Source: Geobacter metallireducens GS-15
GTDB taxonomy: Bacteria; Desulfobacterota; Desulfuromonadia; Geobacterales; Geobacteraceae
Reading direction: 5' to 3'
Length of the DNA: 32,000 bases
NCBI RefSeq assembly: GCF_000012925.1
Contig: NC_007517.1
Location: 3,780,001-3,812,000, forward strand
Under the pieces are notes generated by a model. It was not told where the DNA came from, ran no database searches, and worked only from the letters and a program-made list of their open reading frames with translations. Shown one piece after another: positions 1 through 9,327 of this stretch. How positions within the stretch are numbered: the first letter of the stretch is position 1; every line of letters starts with the position of its first letter. The translations under genes and the position numbers were made by a program.

Positions 1-1
1 C

Positions 2-1900
2 TTCTCAGCAGGGCTCGCCTCGGCGGCACTTCTCCTCTCTCTCCTGGCCCCCGTGCCAGCCATGGCCAAGGGGGTGGTTCTCAACTTCAGCGATGTGGAT
101 ATCGCCACCATGGTGAAGTTCATCAGCGACCTCACCGGTAAGAACTTCGTCATGGACGAACGGGTGAAGGGGAAGATCTCGGTCTATTCCCCTTCGAAGC
201 TCTCGTCCGACGAAGCCTTCAACGTCTTCACATCAGTGCTGGAACTGAAGGGATTCACCATCGTACCGGCAGGAAGGGTCTACAAGATCATCCCGACGTC
301 CCAGGCGAAGCAGTCGGGGATGAAGCTCCTCACGGAGAAGGACCGGGGACCGGTCAGCGACGCCTACGTGGCCCGAATTATTCCCCTCGAAAGAATCTCG
401 GCCCAGGAGGCGGTGACCTTTCTCCAGCCCATCGTTTCCAAGGATGGCTACATCGCCGCCTTCGGCGCCAACAACATGCTCATGGTGGTGGATTCGGCCC
501 TGAACATCCAGAAGCTGACCGGCATCCTCGCCCAGGTTGATTCGCTCCAGAAGCGCGAGGGAACCGAAACCGTCTTCCTCAAGAACGCCTCGGCGGAAAG
601 CGTGGCAACGGTGATCCGCGAATGGCTCGGCGGCAAGGGGAGCCGGCCGGCCGCCGCTGGTCAGGGCGGGCAACAGACCACCTCCGCCGCCGGCGTGCTC
701 GTCATTCCCGACAACCGACTCAACGCCCTCGTCATCTCCGGCAACGACCGCGACAAGGAAGACATCAAGAAGCTGGTCGCCCTGATAGACGTCGTTCCCC
801 CCACTTCGAGCAGCAAGATCAACGTCTACTACCTGGAGAATGCCGATGCCACCGAGGTGGGTAAAGTCCTCGACGGCATCATCAAAGGTGTCCCTCTCCC
901 GGGCCAGCAGGGGGGAGCGCCCGCAACGGCCCCTGCCCAATCCCCCTTCGAGGGGGGCAAGATTTCCGTCACCCCCGACAAGGCCACCAACTCCCTGGTG
1001 ATCATGGCCTCGCCGGTCGACTACCAGAACCTCCTCCAGGTGATCCAGAAACTGGACAAGCGACGCCGCCAGGTATTCGTACAGGCGGTCATTGCCGAAG
1101 TCTCCCTCGACAAGGCGAAAGAACTGGGCCTCCAGTTGGCCGTGAGCGGCGGAGGGACAGCCGGCAACACGGCTGAGGCAGGGGTCTTCGATCCCTTCAA
1201 CTTCGTGGGGGGGGCTTCTCCGCAACAGGCAGCAATCCTCAACGTACTCACCGGATTTGCCGGCTCAAGCAACCTGCAACTGGGAGGGGTCCTCAAGGCT
1301 CTCATCTCCAACGGCGCCGTGAACGTCCTCTCCACACCCAACATTCTGACCTCCGACAACAAGGAAGCCGAGATCTTCGTGGGCGAGAACGTGCCGTTTC
1401 TCACCCAGACAAACCTCACATCCACGGGCCTTTCCCAGCAGTCCATCGAGCGGAAGGACACCGGCATCACGCTCCGGATCACCCCCCAGATCAGCGAGGG
1501 GGAATTCGTGAAGCTCGACATCTACCAGGAGATCTCGGCCGTCAAGGATAGCGTCGGCCAGGCCAAGGACCTGGTCACCACCAAGCGCTCGGCCAAGACC
1601 GCCGTGGTGGTGAAGGACAAGGACACCGTGGTCATCGGCGGGCTCATCCAGGACCGCGACACCGAAACAATCAACAAGATCCCGATCCTCGGCGACATCC
1701 CGCTCCTGGGGTGGTTTTTCAAGACCAAATCGGCCCGGCGGGAAAAGACCAATCTGATGATCGTCCTCACCCCGCGGATTATCCGCGGTGCCCAGGAAAT
1801 GGCTGAGGTGTCGAACCTTCAGAAGGGAACGTTCGACAACGCGGTGAGGATGGATATCCCCTTCAGCCTCGACCGGGAAGAACTGAAGACGAAGCAATGA
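2..1900 (+). CDS. gspD: Type II secretion system secretin GspD (5' partial; start codon lies just upstream of the window)
   Basis: The frame is open from nt 2 and reads FSAGLASAALLLSLLAPVPAMA|KG, a signal peptide. The ORF-track 'M' at 53 is a GTG inside it. An N0-type domain (VVLNFSDVDIATMVKFISDLTGKNF) and a C-terminal secretin core (VLSTPNILTSDNKEAEIFVGENVPF, IPILGDIPLLGWFFK, NLMIVLTPRII) are present. It is the first gene of the gsp array, and its stop overlaps the gspE ATG (ATGA). Confidence 0.93.
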   Translation, partial: FSAGLASAALLLSLLAPVPAMAKGVVLNFSDVDIATMVKFISDLTGKNFVMDERVKGKISVYSPSKLSSDEAFNVFTSVLELKGFTIVPAGRVYKIIPTSQAKQSGMKLLTEKDRGPVSDAYVARIIPLERISAQEAVTFLQPIVSKDGYIAAFGANNMLMVVDSALNIQKLTGILAQVDSLQKREGTETVFLKNASAESVATVIREWLGGKGSRPAAAGQGGQQTTSAAGVLVIPDNRLNALVISGNDRDKEDIKKLVALIDVVPPTSSSKINVYYLENADATEVGKVLDGIIKGVPLPGQQGGAPATAPAQSPFEGGKISVTPDKATNSLVIMASPVDYQNLLQVIQKLDKRRRQVFVQAVIAEVSLDKAKELGLQLAVSGGGTAGNTAEAGVFDPFNFVGGASPQQAAILNVLTGFAGSSNLQLGGVLKALISNGAVNVLSTPNILTSDNKEAEIFVGENVPFLTQTNLTSTGLSQQSIERKDTGITLRITPQISEGEFVKLDIYQEISAVKDSVGQAKDLVTTKRSAKTAVVVKDKDTVVIGGLIQDRDTETINKIPILGDIPLLGWFFKTKSARREKTNLMIVLTPRIIRGAQEMAEVSNLQKGTFDNAVRMDIPFSLDREELKTKQ

Positions 1901-3459
1901 CCGATACCCACGACGTGGAACGCATAGCCGAAAGGCTCGGTATCCCTTTCACGGCCGAAATCGAGGAAGGTGAAGCCGACTTGACGCTCCTGGCCCGGCT
2001 TCCCCTCGCTTTCGCCCGGGGGCGGCTCGTCCTGCCCTTGCGGGAGCGAGACGGGAGACTGATGGTGGCGGCCGGGAACCCGGCCGACCTGGCCGCCGTT
2101 GACGAGGTGCGCGGGGTCTACGGCCTGCCGGTGGAGCTTGTGGCGGCGCCGCAAAAGACGGTCCTCGACGCGGTGAACCGCCTCTATGGCCGCCTCGGGA
2201 GCACGGCCCAGGAGGTGGTGGAGGAACTGGTTGGAGAAGACCTCTCTGTCATCGCCACCGAGCTCTCGGAACCCAAGGATCTCCTGGATCTGACCGACGA
2301 GGCCCCGGTTATCCGGCTCCTCAACTCCATCCTCTCCGAGGCGGTGAAGGAGCGGGCCAGCGACATCCACATCGAGCCCTACGAGCGGGAGCTGGAGGTC
2401 CGGTTCAGGATCGACGGCATCCTCTACAAAAAGCTCGCCCCCCCCAAGGTGGTGCAGGAGGCCCTTGCCTCCCGGGTGAAGATCATGGCAGGCCTCAACA
2501 TCGCCGAAAAACGCCTCCCCCAGGACGGCCGCATCCGGGTCATCGTGGCAGGGCGCGACGTGGACATCCGGGTCTCCATCATCCCCACCTTTTTCGGCGA
2601 GCGGACCGTGCTCCGGCTCCTGGACAAGCAGAAGGGGATCATCTCCCTGGCCGACATCGGCATGGAAGAGCGGGGGGTCGCCGCCATGGAGCGGCTCCTG
2701 TCACGCACCAGCGGCATCATCCTCGTCACCGGCCCCACGGGGAGCGGCAAGTCCACCACCCTCTACGCGGCCCTGAACCGACTCAACTCCCCCGAGAAGA
2801 ACATCATCACCATCGAGGACCCCATCGAATACCAGATCAAGGGGATCGGCCAGATCCAGGTGAACCCCAAGATCGACCTCACCTTTGCCCAGGGGCTCCG
2901 GGCCATCCTCCGCCAGGACCCGGACATCGTCATGGTGGGGGAGATCCGGGACGCCGAGACTGCGGAGATCGCCATGCAGGCCTCCCTCACGGGGCACCTG
3001 GTCCTCTCCACCCTCCACACCAACGATTCGGCCACGGCCATCGCCCGGCTCGTGGACATGGGGATCGAACCGTTCATGGTGGCGTCGTCCCTTTCGGCGG
3101 TCCTGGCCCAGCGTCTCGTGCGTCGCATCTGCCCCCACTGCCGGGAGCCCTATACGCCCGAGCGCCAGTACGCCGGCATCACTCTCCCCGCCACCCTCTA
3201 CCGGGGACGGGGATGCGAGAAGTGCTACGGACTCGGCACCTGGGGACGGGTCGGCATCTACGAGCTCCTCCCCGTGGACGGGGAGATCTGTTCCATGATC
3301 ATCCGGCGGGAACCGGCGGGAACCATCAAGGAGTACGCCGTCTCCCGCGGCATGCGGACCCTGCGGGATGATGGCCTTGCCAAGGCGGCGGCCGGCATCA
3401 CCACCATCGAGGAGGTTCTGCGGGTGACCCAGGAGGAGTATGCCGACCTTCCGGTATAG
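1897..3459 (+). CDS. gspE: Type II secretion ATPase GspE
   Basis: Contains Walker A GPTGSGKST, a DIVMVGEIRD box, the His box TGHLVLSTLHTND and the tetracysteine CPHC...CEKC motif. The N-terminal T2SS-E type domain is present. There is an ATGA overlap with gspD. Confidence 0.95.
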   Translation: MTDTHDVERIAERLGIPFTAEIEEGEADLTLLARLPLAFARGRLVLPLRERDGRLMVAAGNPADLAAVDEVRGVYGLPVELVAAPQKTVLDAVNRLYGRLGSTAQEVVEELVGEDLSVIATELSEPKDLLDLTDEAPVIRLLNSILSEAVKERASDIHIEPYERELEVRFRIDGILYKKLAPPKVVQEALASRVKIMAGLNIAEKRLPQDGRIRVIVAGRDVDIRVSIIPTFFGERTVLRLLDKQKGIISLADIGMEERGVAAMERLLSRTSGIILVTGPTGSGKSTTLYAALNRLNSPEKNIITIEDPIEYQIKGIGQIQVNPKIDLTFAQGLRAILRQDPDIVMVGEIRDAETAEIAMQASLTGHLVLSTLHTNDSATAIARLVDMGIEPFMVASSLSAVLAQRLVRRICPHCREPYTPERQYAGITLPATLYRGRGCEKCYGLGTWGRVGIYELLPVDGEICSMIIRREPAGTIKEYAVSRGMRTLRDDGLAKAAAGITTIEEVLRVTQEEYADLPV

Positions 3460-4651
3460 CGCCTATACGGCCGAAGGCCGCGACACCGCCGGCACCCTGG
3501 AGGCGGAAAACCTCAAGGAGGCCCGCCAGCGGCTCAAGCGGGACGGCCTCTTCCCCCGAGAGATCTCGCCGGCCGAAGATGAGGGAGCGGCACCGGGACG
3601 CCGCCTCTTCGGGGGGCACACCGGGCTTGCGGAGATCGCCCTCATGACCCGGCGGCTGGCAACCCTCGTGGGCTCCCAGGTGCCGATCTTCGAGGCGGTC
3701 ACCACCCTCGGTGAGCAGGAGGAGCCGGGAGAGCTGAAAAAGGCCCTGGGGCGCATCCGGGAACGGCTGGCCGAGGGTGCGAGCTTGGCCAAGGCTCTCT
3801 CCCTGGAGCCGGGGCTCTTCAGCGAGAGCTACGTGGCCATGGTGGCGGCGGGCGAGGCAAGCGGCTCCCTCGAAACGGTGCTGGAAAAGCTTGCCCTCTT
3901 TCTGGAGGAGCAGCGGGCCATCCGAAGCAAGGTGACGGCCTCCCTCGCCTACCCGCTCCTCATGATCGTCGTGGGTGGGGGGGTGATGCTCTTTCTTCTC
4001 ACCTTCGTCATCCCCAAGATCGTCACCATCTTCGAGGACAACAAGGCTGCCCTCCCCCTCATCACCATTGCGCTCATCAAGACGAGTGCCTTCCTGCGCC
4101 ACTTCTGGTGGGCACTTCTGGGGCTCGCCGCCGGCGGAGTATTCCTCTACCGCCGCCTCGCGACGCAGGAAGGGTTCCGGCTCCGGCGGGACCGGTGGCT
4201 CTTGGGGCTCCCCGTGGTGGGGGGACTCATCCGGCACCTGATCCTCTCCCGCTTCGCCAAGGTCCTAGGGCTTCTGCTGGCCAGTGGCGTGCCGGTCATC
4301 AAGGCCCTGGAGATCACCGCCCAGGTCCTGGTGAACCGGGTCTACCGGGGGTCTCTCCACACTATCGCGGCGGAACTGGCCGAGGGGGGGAACCTCTCGG
4401 GGGCGCTACGCAAAGGAACGCTCTTTCCGCCACTCCTGATCCACATGGTGGCGGTGGGAGAAAAGGGGGGAGAGCTGGAAGAGATGCTGGCCAAGGCGGG
4501 AAATGCCTTCGAGCGAGAGTTTGACACCGCCGTTTCGGGGCTCATGGCGCTGCTGGAGCCGCTCCTGGTCCTCGCCATGGGGCTTGCCGTGGGGCTCGTG
4601 GTCCTGGCAGTGCTCCTCCCCATATTCGAATTGAACCAACTGGTCCGATAA
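3440..4651 (+). CDS. gspF: Type II secretion inner-membrane platform protein GspF
   Basis: 403 aa with a duplicated GspF/PilC-type cytoplasmic domain and hydrophobic TM segments (LAYPLLMIVVGGGVMLFLLTFVIP, LLVLAMGLAVGLVVLAVLLPIF). SD GGAGGAG precedes ATG 3440. It overlaps the gspE 3' end by 20 nt. Confidence 0.93.
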   Translation: MPTFRYSAYTAEGRDTAGTLEAENLKEARQRLKRDGLFPREISPAEDEGAAPGRRLFGGHTGLAEIALMTRRLATLVGSQVPIFEAVTTLGEQEEPGELKKALGRIRERLAEGASLAKALSLEPGLFSESYVAMVAAGEASGSLETVLEKLALFLEEQRAIRSKVTASLAYPLLMIVVGGGVMLFLLTFVIPKIVTIFEDNKAALPLITIALIKTSAFLRHFWWALLGLAAGGVFLYRRLATQEGFRLRRDRWLLGLPVVGGLIRHLILSRFAKVLGLLLASGVPVIKALEITAQVLVNRVYRGSLHTIAAELAEGGNLSGALRKGTLFPPLLIHMVAVGEKGGELEEMLAKAGNAFEREFDTAVSGLMALLEPLLVLAMGLAVGLVVLAVLLPIFELNQLVR

Positions 4652-4673
4652 TCCTGACAGGAGGTCTTCCCCA

Positions 4674-5117
4674 ATGAACCGGAAACCCATGAACAACCGC
4701 GGCTTCACCCTCATCGAAATCATGGTGGTCATCGCCATCCTGGCGCTCCTGGCGGCCCTCGTGGCGCCGAAGATCATCGGCCGCTCCGACGACGCCAAGA
4801 TCGCCGACGCCAAGGTGCAGATCAAGAACATGGAGACGGCCCTCAAGCTCTACAAGCTGGACAACGGCGTCTTCCCCTCCACGGAGCAGGGACTGGCGGC
4901 CCTGGTGGCGAAGCCCGCGGTGGGGCAAATCCCCAAGAACTACAAGGCCGAAGGGTATCTGGAAAGCAAGAAGGTTCCCAAGGATCCCTGGGGGAACGAT
5001 TTCGCCTATCTCTCCCCGGGGGAGCACGGCGACTACGACCTCTACTCCCTCGGCGCCGACGGCGTGAAGGGGGGCGAAGGAAAGAATGCCGACATCGAGA
5101 GCTGGAACCTCCAGTAA
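4674..5117 (+). CDS. gspG: Major pseudopilin GspG
   Basis: Prepilin leader and cleavage site MNRKPMNNRG|FTLIEIMVVIAILALL. The C-terminal signature DPWGNDFAYLSPGEHGDYDLYSLGADG is present. SD AGGAGG lies 9 nt upstream. Confidence 0.93.
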   Translation: MNRKPMNNRGFTLIEIMVVIAILALLAALVAPKIIGRSDDAKIADAKVQIKNMETALKLYKLDNGVFPSTEQGLAALVAKPAVGQIPKNYKAEGYLESKKVPKDPWGNDFAYLSPGEHGDYDLYSLGADGVKGGEGKNADIESWNLQ

Positions 5118-5622
5118 CCGGCGCCCCTCATGCCGGGGCTTCACCCTCATGGAGCTCCTGGTGGTGATCGCCCTCCTCGGGCTGATGGCGGCAATCGCCC
5201 TCCCCCGGCTCACCGTCAGCCATGCCCTGGAGCTTAACCGCTCGGCCCGGCAGTTGGCGGCCACGATCCGCTATGTGCAGGACCGGGCCATTACGGGGAA
5301 GACCCCCCACCGGATCCGCCTTGAGCCCGGCACCGGCACGGTCCGGGTCACTCGCCTCCTCTCCGATGGCACGGAAGGATCGACGGGGGAAAGCTTCCTC
5401 GATCGGCCGCTTCCGGCCGAAGGGGTCACCGTGGCCGACGTGACGACTCCCCGTGGGGGGAAGGTGACGACCGGCGAGGTAGTGCTCCGGTTCGACATGG
5501 CCGGTCTCGGCGACTTCACAGCAATCCACCTGAGGGGAGAGGACGATGCCGCCATGACGGTCATGGCCTACCCCTCCGGGAAGGTGACGGTTTCCGAGGG
5601 ATACGTGGAGGAACCCCAGTAA
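5086..5622 (+). CDS. gspH: Minor pseudopilin GspH
   Basis: Prepilin motif ...SCRG|FTLMELLVVIALLGLMAAIALP. This is the only in-frame start (ATG 5086, preceded by AAGGA). It overlaps the gspG 3' end by 32 nt. Position and size fit GspH. Confidence 0.7.
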   Translation: MPTSRAGTSSNRRPSCRGFTLMELLVVIALLGLMAAIALPRLTVSHALELNRSARQLAATIRYVQDRAITGKTPHRIRLEPGTGTVRVTRLLSDGTEGSTGESFLDRPLPAEGVTVADVTTPRGGKVTTGEVVLRFDMAGLGDFTAIHLRGEDDAAMTVMAYPSGKVTVSEGYVEEPQ

Positions 5623-5993
5623 TGCGGCGACCCACCCTGTTGTGCGGCGATGCGGGAGGATTCACCCTCCTGGAGGTCATGGTCGCCCTTGCCATCATGG
5701 CCGGCGTCGTCTTCACCGTGATCGGTGCGGTGAACTATCACCTCTCCATCGTGGAGCGGGACCGCCGGGAAACCGTGGCCGTCCTCCTGGCGCGGCAGAA
5801 GCTGTCCGACCTGGAAGAGGAAAAGGACATCCCGGAAAAAAAGGAAGGGACTTTCGCCCCCACGCGCCCGGAATACAGCTGGGAGATGACTGCGACACCC
5901 ACGGAGGTGGAAAGCCTGCGCCGGATGACCCTTGTCGTGTCGTGGGACAACAAGAAGCGGAGCGTTGCCCTTGTCCGGTACCTGGCCCCCTAG
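5622..5993 (+). CDS. gspI: Minor pseudopilin GspI
   Basis: 123 aa with prepilin motif GDAGG|FTLLEVMVALAIMAG. The start shares one base (5622) with the gspH stop (TAATG). Order and size fit GspI. Confidence 0.75.
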   Translation: MRRPTLLCGDAGGFTLLEVMVALAIMAGVVFTVIGAVNYHLSIVERDRRETVAVLLARQKLSDLEEEKDIPEKKEGTFAPTRPEYSWEMTATPTEVESLRRMTLVVSWDNKKRSVALVRYLAP

Positions 5994-5994
5994 A

Positions 5995-6606
5995 ATGACT
6001 CGAACCGAACGCGGAAACGGCGGTTTCACCCTCCTGGAAGTGCTGGTGGCGATGCTCCTCCTCGTCATCATAGCCGGCGCCCTCTACTCCAGCTACTTCA
6101 CCGTGCTGCGGGCCAGGGAGCGGGCGGAGGAAGGGGGGGAGCAGCGCCGGGAACTGCGGGGAACCCTCGACCTCCTCCGGCGGGAGCTCGACGGGGCCTT
6201 CTACCGGACCAGCGATAAACGCCTCCGCTTCGTGGTAAACGACCGGGACATCTTCGGCAAGCCTGCCTCCACCCTGGAGCTGGTGACTGTGGCTCCGCCA
6301 TCGGCGGAGGAGCGCCCCGCCTCGGACCTCGTTCTGGTGAAATACGAGGTAAAGGAAAAGGAGAAGCGACTCAGCCTCAACCGGGAGGCCACTGACCTCT
6401 TCGGGAGCATGAAGCCGATCCCCTATCCCCAGATGGACGAGATCGAGGGGTTCCTCGTGGAGTGCTACGACAGCGGCAAGTGGGTGCGGACCTGGAACAC
6501 GGAGCTTTCCCCCAAGCTCCCGGAGCGGGTGCGGATCATCCTCACCGTCAGGGACGGGGAGAATACCGCCGACTACTCCGTCACGGCCAAGCCGAGGCTG
6601 CGATGA
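5995..6606 (+). CDS. gspJ: Minor pseudopilin GspJ
   Basis: ATG 5995 lies 1 nt after the gspI stop. The leader is MTRTERGNGG|FTLLEVLVAMLLLVIIAG. The longer ORF-track start at 5932 overlaps gspI and is unnecessary. Confidence 0.75.
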   Translation: MTRTERGNGGFTLLEVLVAMLLLVIIAGALYSSYFTVLRARERAEEGGEQRRELRGTLDLLRRELDGAFYRTSDKRLRFVVNDRDIFGKPASTLELVTVAPPSAEERPASDLVLVKYEVKEKEKRLSLNREATDLFGSMKPIPYPQMDEIEGFLVECYDSGKWVRTWNTELSPKLPERVRIILTVRDGENTADYSVTAKPRLR

Positions 6607-7502
6607 GAACACTCCGCCAAGAACAGGGATTCGCCCTCGTCCTGACCCTGGTGGTGACCGCCCTGCTGGTGGCGGTGGCCGTCGAATTCATCCACGGAGT
6701 CTACGTGGATACGTCCCTGCAGCGCAACTTCGTGAACCTCCAGCAGGCAAGCCTCATGGCCGATAGTGGAGTAAAGGGAGGGATCGCCCTCATTCGAAGC
6801 CTGCGGCAGAGTGGGGACAACACGGCCCTGCTCCAGGTCCTGGAAATACCACAGGAACTGGAAGACGAAAAGGGGAAGGTCTCCGTTACCATCGAGGAGG
6901 AGAACGGCAAGCTCAACCTGAACGCCGTCTCCGAATTCCACGACCAGGCCAGGCGGCGGCTGCTGCGGCTCCAGGGGTTCCCCGAAGGGATCAGCGACGC
7001 CGTGGCAGACTGGGTGGATGCGGATCAGGACCCGCGCCCCGACGGCGCCGAGACACCTTACTACCAGGCGCTGTCCGCCCCGTACCTTCCCCGCAACGGC
7101 CCCATGCAAACCTTCGGGGAACTGGGACTCGTCCGGGGCTTCACGCCGGCCATCGTCCAGAAATTGAGCCCCTATGCCACCGTCTACGGCGCTGACTGGG
7201 CCATCGACATCAACACCGCCCCGCTTCCGGTCCTCATGGCGCTCCACGACGACATGACCGAAGAGCTGGCCCGGGCCATCATCGAGCGGCGCCGCCAGAC
7301 CCCCTTTGCCAGCACCGGAGAACTCGCCACGGTGCCGGGGATGGACCGGATCGCCAACTCACCCGGCATGCAGCTGGGTGTGAGGGGTTCCACCTACCGG
7401 CTCGTCTCGCGGGCCACGGTGGGCGAGGCGGTCCGGATCGTCGAAGCGGTGGTGGGCCTCGAAGGAATGCAGCCGCAGTATCTCTACTGGAGAGAGTATT
7501 GA
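6603..7502 (+). CDS. gspK: Minor pseudopilin GspK
   Basis: ATG 6603 overlaps the gspJ stop (ATGA). The N terminus MRTLRQEQGFALVLTLVVTALLVAV lacks Glu+5, which is typical for GspK. It carries the EENGKLNLNA motif and a helix-hairpin-helix-like INTAPLPVLMAL region. Confidence 0.8.
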   Translation: MRTLRQEQGFALVLTLVVTALLVAVAVEFIHGVYVDTSLQRNFVNLQQASLMADSGVKGGIALIRSLRQSGDNTALLQVLEIPQELEDEKGKVSVTIEEENGKLNLNAVSEFHDQARRRLLRLQGFPEGISDAVADWVDADQDPRPDGAETPYYQALSAPYLPRNGPMQTFGELGLVRGFTPAIVQKLSPYATVYGADWAIDINTAPLPVLMALHDDMTEELARAIIERRRQTPFASTGELATVPGMDRIANSPGMQLGVRGSTYRLVSRATVGEAVRIVEAVVGLEGMQPQYLYWREY

Positions 7503-8785
7503 TGATCTACCTGATTCTCGAATGGACCGGCGCCGAGCTGGTTGCAAGCCGGTTCCTGCAGCGCCGGGGCGAGCTCCTTTTCCAGGGCGCCGACAGCCGT
7601 CCTGCAGCAACCGAAGCCGAACTGGCCGATGCCCTGCGGGAACTGCCTCCTGCCGGCAACGACTCCCGGATCGCCCTTTCCCTCCCCCTGGCCCGCCTTT
7701 TCATGCGGGAGATGGGTCTCCCCATCCGGGACCGGAAGAAACTGCGGGAGGTACTCCCCCTGGAACTCAGGGGAGAAACGGCCCTGGAGACCGACGAACT
7801 GGCCTTTGCCGGACTCCCCCTTGCGGGGGGAGCGGTCCTCGCCCTCTGGGGGAGGAAACGGGAGCTTGCCGCCTGCATCTCGGCCACGGCAGCGGCCGGT
7901 GTCGAACCGGAGGTTCTCTCCGCGGCTCCTCTCCACTGGGGGGAACTCCTCCCGTCGCAAGATCATGGGACCGTGGCCCTCACCGACGGGTCGGCCCTGG
8001 CCCTCTTCCGGGACAGGGAACCTCTCTTTTTCCGGGCCTTGACCGAGGGGGAGGATTGCGCCCGCACCCTGGCGCTCCTGGAAATAAGCAAGGGGATCAC
8101 CGTGGACCGGACCTGCCGCCTCGGCGCACCTGCCACGGCGGAGGGCACCCCCCTTCCGGTTGAGGGGAGCCTTGCCGCAGCCTTTGGCGGCGACGAGGGA
8201 GCGGCCCGCCGCTATGGTTCCGCCTGGGCTCTGGCCACGGCCATGGCCCAGGGGGATGCGGTGGATTTCCGCGCCGGGGATCTGGCCTGGACAAAGGGGA
8301 AGGAAAAGGCGCTGCGCCGCCTCCGCCTCCCCCTCGCCCTGGCGGCACTCCTCCTTTTCCTCCTGGGGGCCGACGCCAGCATCCGCTATCTCCTCGTGAA
8401 GCGCGATCTGGCATCCCTTGACGCCTCCATTGGCACCATCTATCGCGAGGTCTTCCCCGGACGAAAAAAGGGGGTGGACGAGGCAGCGGAGATGCGGGCC
8501 GAACTCCGCAAGCTGGGCTCATCCGGCGGGAAAAGCCAGGTGCTGGAAACCCTGAACCGCCTCGCCATGGCCAAGGGTGATGACATCCTCGGCCTCTACG
8601 AGGTGGAGATCGACAGCGGCCAGGTGCGACTCAAGGGTGACGCCCGCTCGACCCAGGCGGTCAACGACTTCAAGAACCGCCTGGCAGCCATGCTCTCTCC
8701 CGCTGAGGTGGGCCAGATAACCTCGAAGCCGGACGGCACCGTCACGTTCACCCTCCGGGGCACCATGAAGGAGGGGAGCCAATGA
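7502..8785 (+). CDS. gspL: GspL-like assembly protein (cytoplasmic domain, single TM, periplasmic domain)
   Basis: ATG 7502 overlaps the gspK stop (TGATG). There is a central TM (LRLPLALAALLLFLLGA) followed by a periplasmic domain. The call rests mainly on position between gspK and gspM and on topology. Confidence 0.6.
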   Translation: MIYLILEWTGAELVASRFLQRRGELLFQGADSRPAATEAELADALRELPPAGNDSRIALSLPLARLFMREMGLPIRDRKKLREVLPLELRGETALETDELAFAGLPLAGGAVLALWGRKRELAACISATAAAGVEPEVLSAAPLHWGELLPSQDHGTVALTDGSALALFRDREPLFFRALTEGEDCARTLALLEISKGITVDRTCRLGAPATAEGTPLPVEGSLAAAFGGDEGAARRYGSAWALATAMAQGDAVDFRAGDLAWTKGKEKALRRLRLPLALAALLLFLLGADASIRYLLVKRDLASLDASIGTIYREVFPGRKKGVDEAAEMRAELRKLGSSGGKSQVLETLNRLAMAKGDDILGLYEVEIDSGQVRLKGDARSTQAVNDFKNRLAAMLSPAEVGQITSKPDGTVTFTLRGTMKEGSQ

Positions 8786-9327
8786 CCGTATTCGACCGCA
8801 TCCGCGACGCCTATGGGGCCATGGACAGCCAGACCCGCCTCCGCTGGGGATATGCCCTCATTGCGCTGCTGGCCCTGGCCGTGGCTTTTTCAGCCATCTA
8901 CGACCGGATCGCCCTTTTGGAGAAGAAACGGATCCGTCGCGAGGCCGACCTGGTGGAGATGATGGGGCTCAAGAATAACATTCGCGACGTAAGGGCGGTC
9001 TCCCAGCGGTTCACCAACCGCCTTGCGGCCACCCGCGGCGACGAGACTCCGGCGAAGATCGTGGAGGAGACCGGTATCAAGGGAAAATCGACCCGAGTCG
9101 CCCCCATGAAGGGGGAGGAGCGGGGAGGCTTCCTGGAAGACGCCGCCGAGGTGAAGATCGAAGGGCTCACCGCCAACGAGGCAGTGAACCTCCTCCACCG
9201 GCTCGAAAAGGGCACCAGGCCGCTCATCGTGAAAAAGGCCCTCCTCCGGACCCGCTTCGACGACCCCTCCCGCCTTGACCTGACCCTCACCGTGGCGCTC
9301 CTGCGGCAGGCCCCGGGGGCCCGATGA
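8782..9327 (+). CDS. gspM: GspM-like protein
   Basis: 181 aa with one N-proximal TM (WGYALIALLALAVAFSAIY). ATGA overlaps occur at both ends. Assigned by size, topology and position. Confidence 0.6.
   Translation: MTVFDRIRDAYGAMDSQTRLRWGYALIALLALAVAFSAIYDRIALLEKKRIRREADLVEMMGLKNNIRDVRAVSQRFTNRLAATRGDETPAKIVEETGIKGKSTRVAPMKGEERGGFLEDAAEVKIEGLTANEAVNLLHRLEKGTRPLIVKKALLRTRFDDPSRLDLTLTVALLRQAPGAR

Noticed and set aside
233-1225. 330-aa minus-strand ORF antisense to gspD. Similar long antisense or alternate-frame ORFs occur elsewhere (e.g. 1265-1897, 3398-4237, 5713-6612, 6573-7247).
   Set aside because: These are typical shadow ORFs of high-GC coding DNA. They are Arg/Gly/Pro-rich, have no SD and no recognisable motifs, and lie entirely inside genes with strong family signatures.
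5130-5132. ATG just after the gspG stop as the gspH start.
   Set aside because: It is out of frame with the GFTLMELLVV prepilin motif and terminates after ~35 codons. The in-frame ATG at 5086 is used instead.
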